A DNA stretch of 64,000 bases, from NCBI RefSeq assembly GCF_016433145.1, contig NC_058133.1, positions 36,080,566 to 36,144,565 on the forward strand, read 5' to 3'. A program made the position numbers and the translations under genes. Origin of the DNA: Gracilinanus agilis. Taxonomy: Eukaryota. Of this stretch, positions 63,375-64,000 are shown piece after piece; the stretch's first letter is position 1, and every line of letters starts with the position of its first letter. The notes under the pieces are model-generated. The model saw nothing but the letters and a program-made list of their open reading frames with translations, was not told the origin of the DNA and did not search any database.

Positions 63375-64000
63375 CTGTGGGACAGAGGGGAAAGATGGAA
63401 AGAAGAAAAAACAGGCTCATAGCAAAGCAGGCTATCTGAGCTATTGACATTTTGCATTTTTCAAAGGTAAAAAGTTTTAAGCACATGCCAAGATGCAATA
63501 AAGACTTAACTTGTAAATCTTTTCATGTGCTTTTCAATGAGTACAGGGAGAGATTTTATTTTTAAACATGTTCCTGTCAAAACTTTTATAGAACTTTCTT
63601 TTGGTTTTCACTTTGGAGGCTCTAAGGACTAGTTTCACACACACACACACAAAAATCTAGAGTCATTTCATTTGAACTTAAAAAAGGTAAAATGGAGATT
63701 ATGGTTAAGTAGAAAACAGAAAATTTTCATGGGTAAATCTGACACACAAAAGATGCTCTAACTACCATAGCCAAAGAAATAGAAAAACTAGGAGTAAGAT
63801 GAGGTCATTAAGGTCCTGTTTTACCAAAGAGTGAAAGGCAGCATGGGGTAGCAGGCCAACAGTTGGCCTTGTAATAACAAAAACTAGGTGTAAGTCCTGC
63901 CTCTGAACCCTCCTCACTATGTAACCCTCCAAAGGTCATTTTCATCTCTTTCCGGGGCTCAAGGCAACACTAAGGCTTGAAGTTGCAGAATAGGTGCCAC

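Noticed and set aside
63375-63457. In-frame 28-aa extension (MQNVNSS...) at the start of the 347-aa ORF
   Set aside because: It lies in the intron's polypyrimidine tract upstream of a canonical acceptor and does not resemble RPAP2; treated as intronic read-through.
62793-63498. Overlapping ORFs of 71-152 aa on both strands
   Set aside because: Shadow frames of the RPAP2 exon.

Overview
Vertebrate (marsupial) genomic DNA, most likely opossum (Monodelphis): AT-rich, CpG-poor, with many SINE1_Mdo-type, MIR/Mar1, L1, L2, L3/CR1, hAT and LTR repeats. The only supportable gene is the 3' part of RPAP2 (RNA polymerase II-associated protein 2) on the minus strand. It has coding exons at 63374-62438, 61125-61043, 58491-58411, 52171-52103 and 14594-14445, plus a terminal exon starting at 12943 that supplies only the last base of a split TG|A stop codon. 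Intron 14595-52102 is about 37.5 kb. There are two assembly gaps. I found no CRISPR, tRNA or rRNA genes and no demonstrable new biological system. The best leads are: (i) haematopoietic-type motif clusters that may be distal enhancers of the expected syntenic neighbour GFI1; (ii) two solo LTRs with promoter and splice signals; (iii) a SINE with an apparent 3' transduction; (iv) a perfect 114-bp local duplication; (v) a nested L1 with an unusual truncation point; (vi) two degenerate coding-like stretches with only weak, by-eye resemblance to bornavirus nucleoprotein, which need a real homology search. Repeat family names and all homologies come from recalled sequences, not from database searches.
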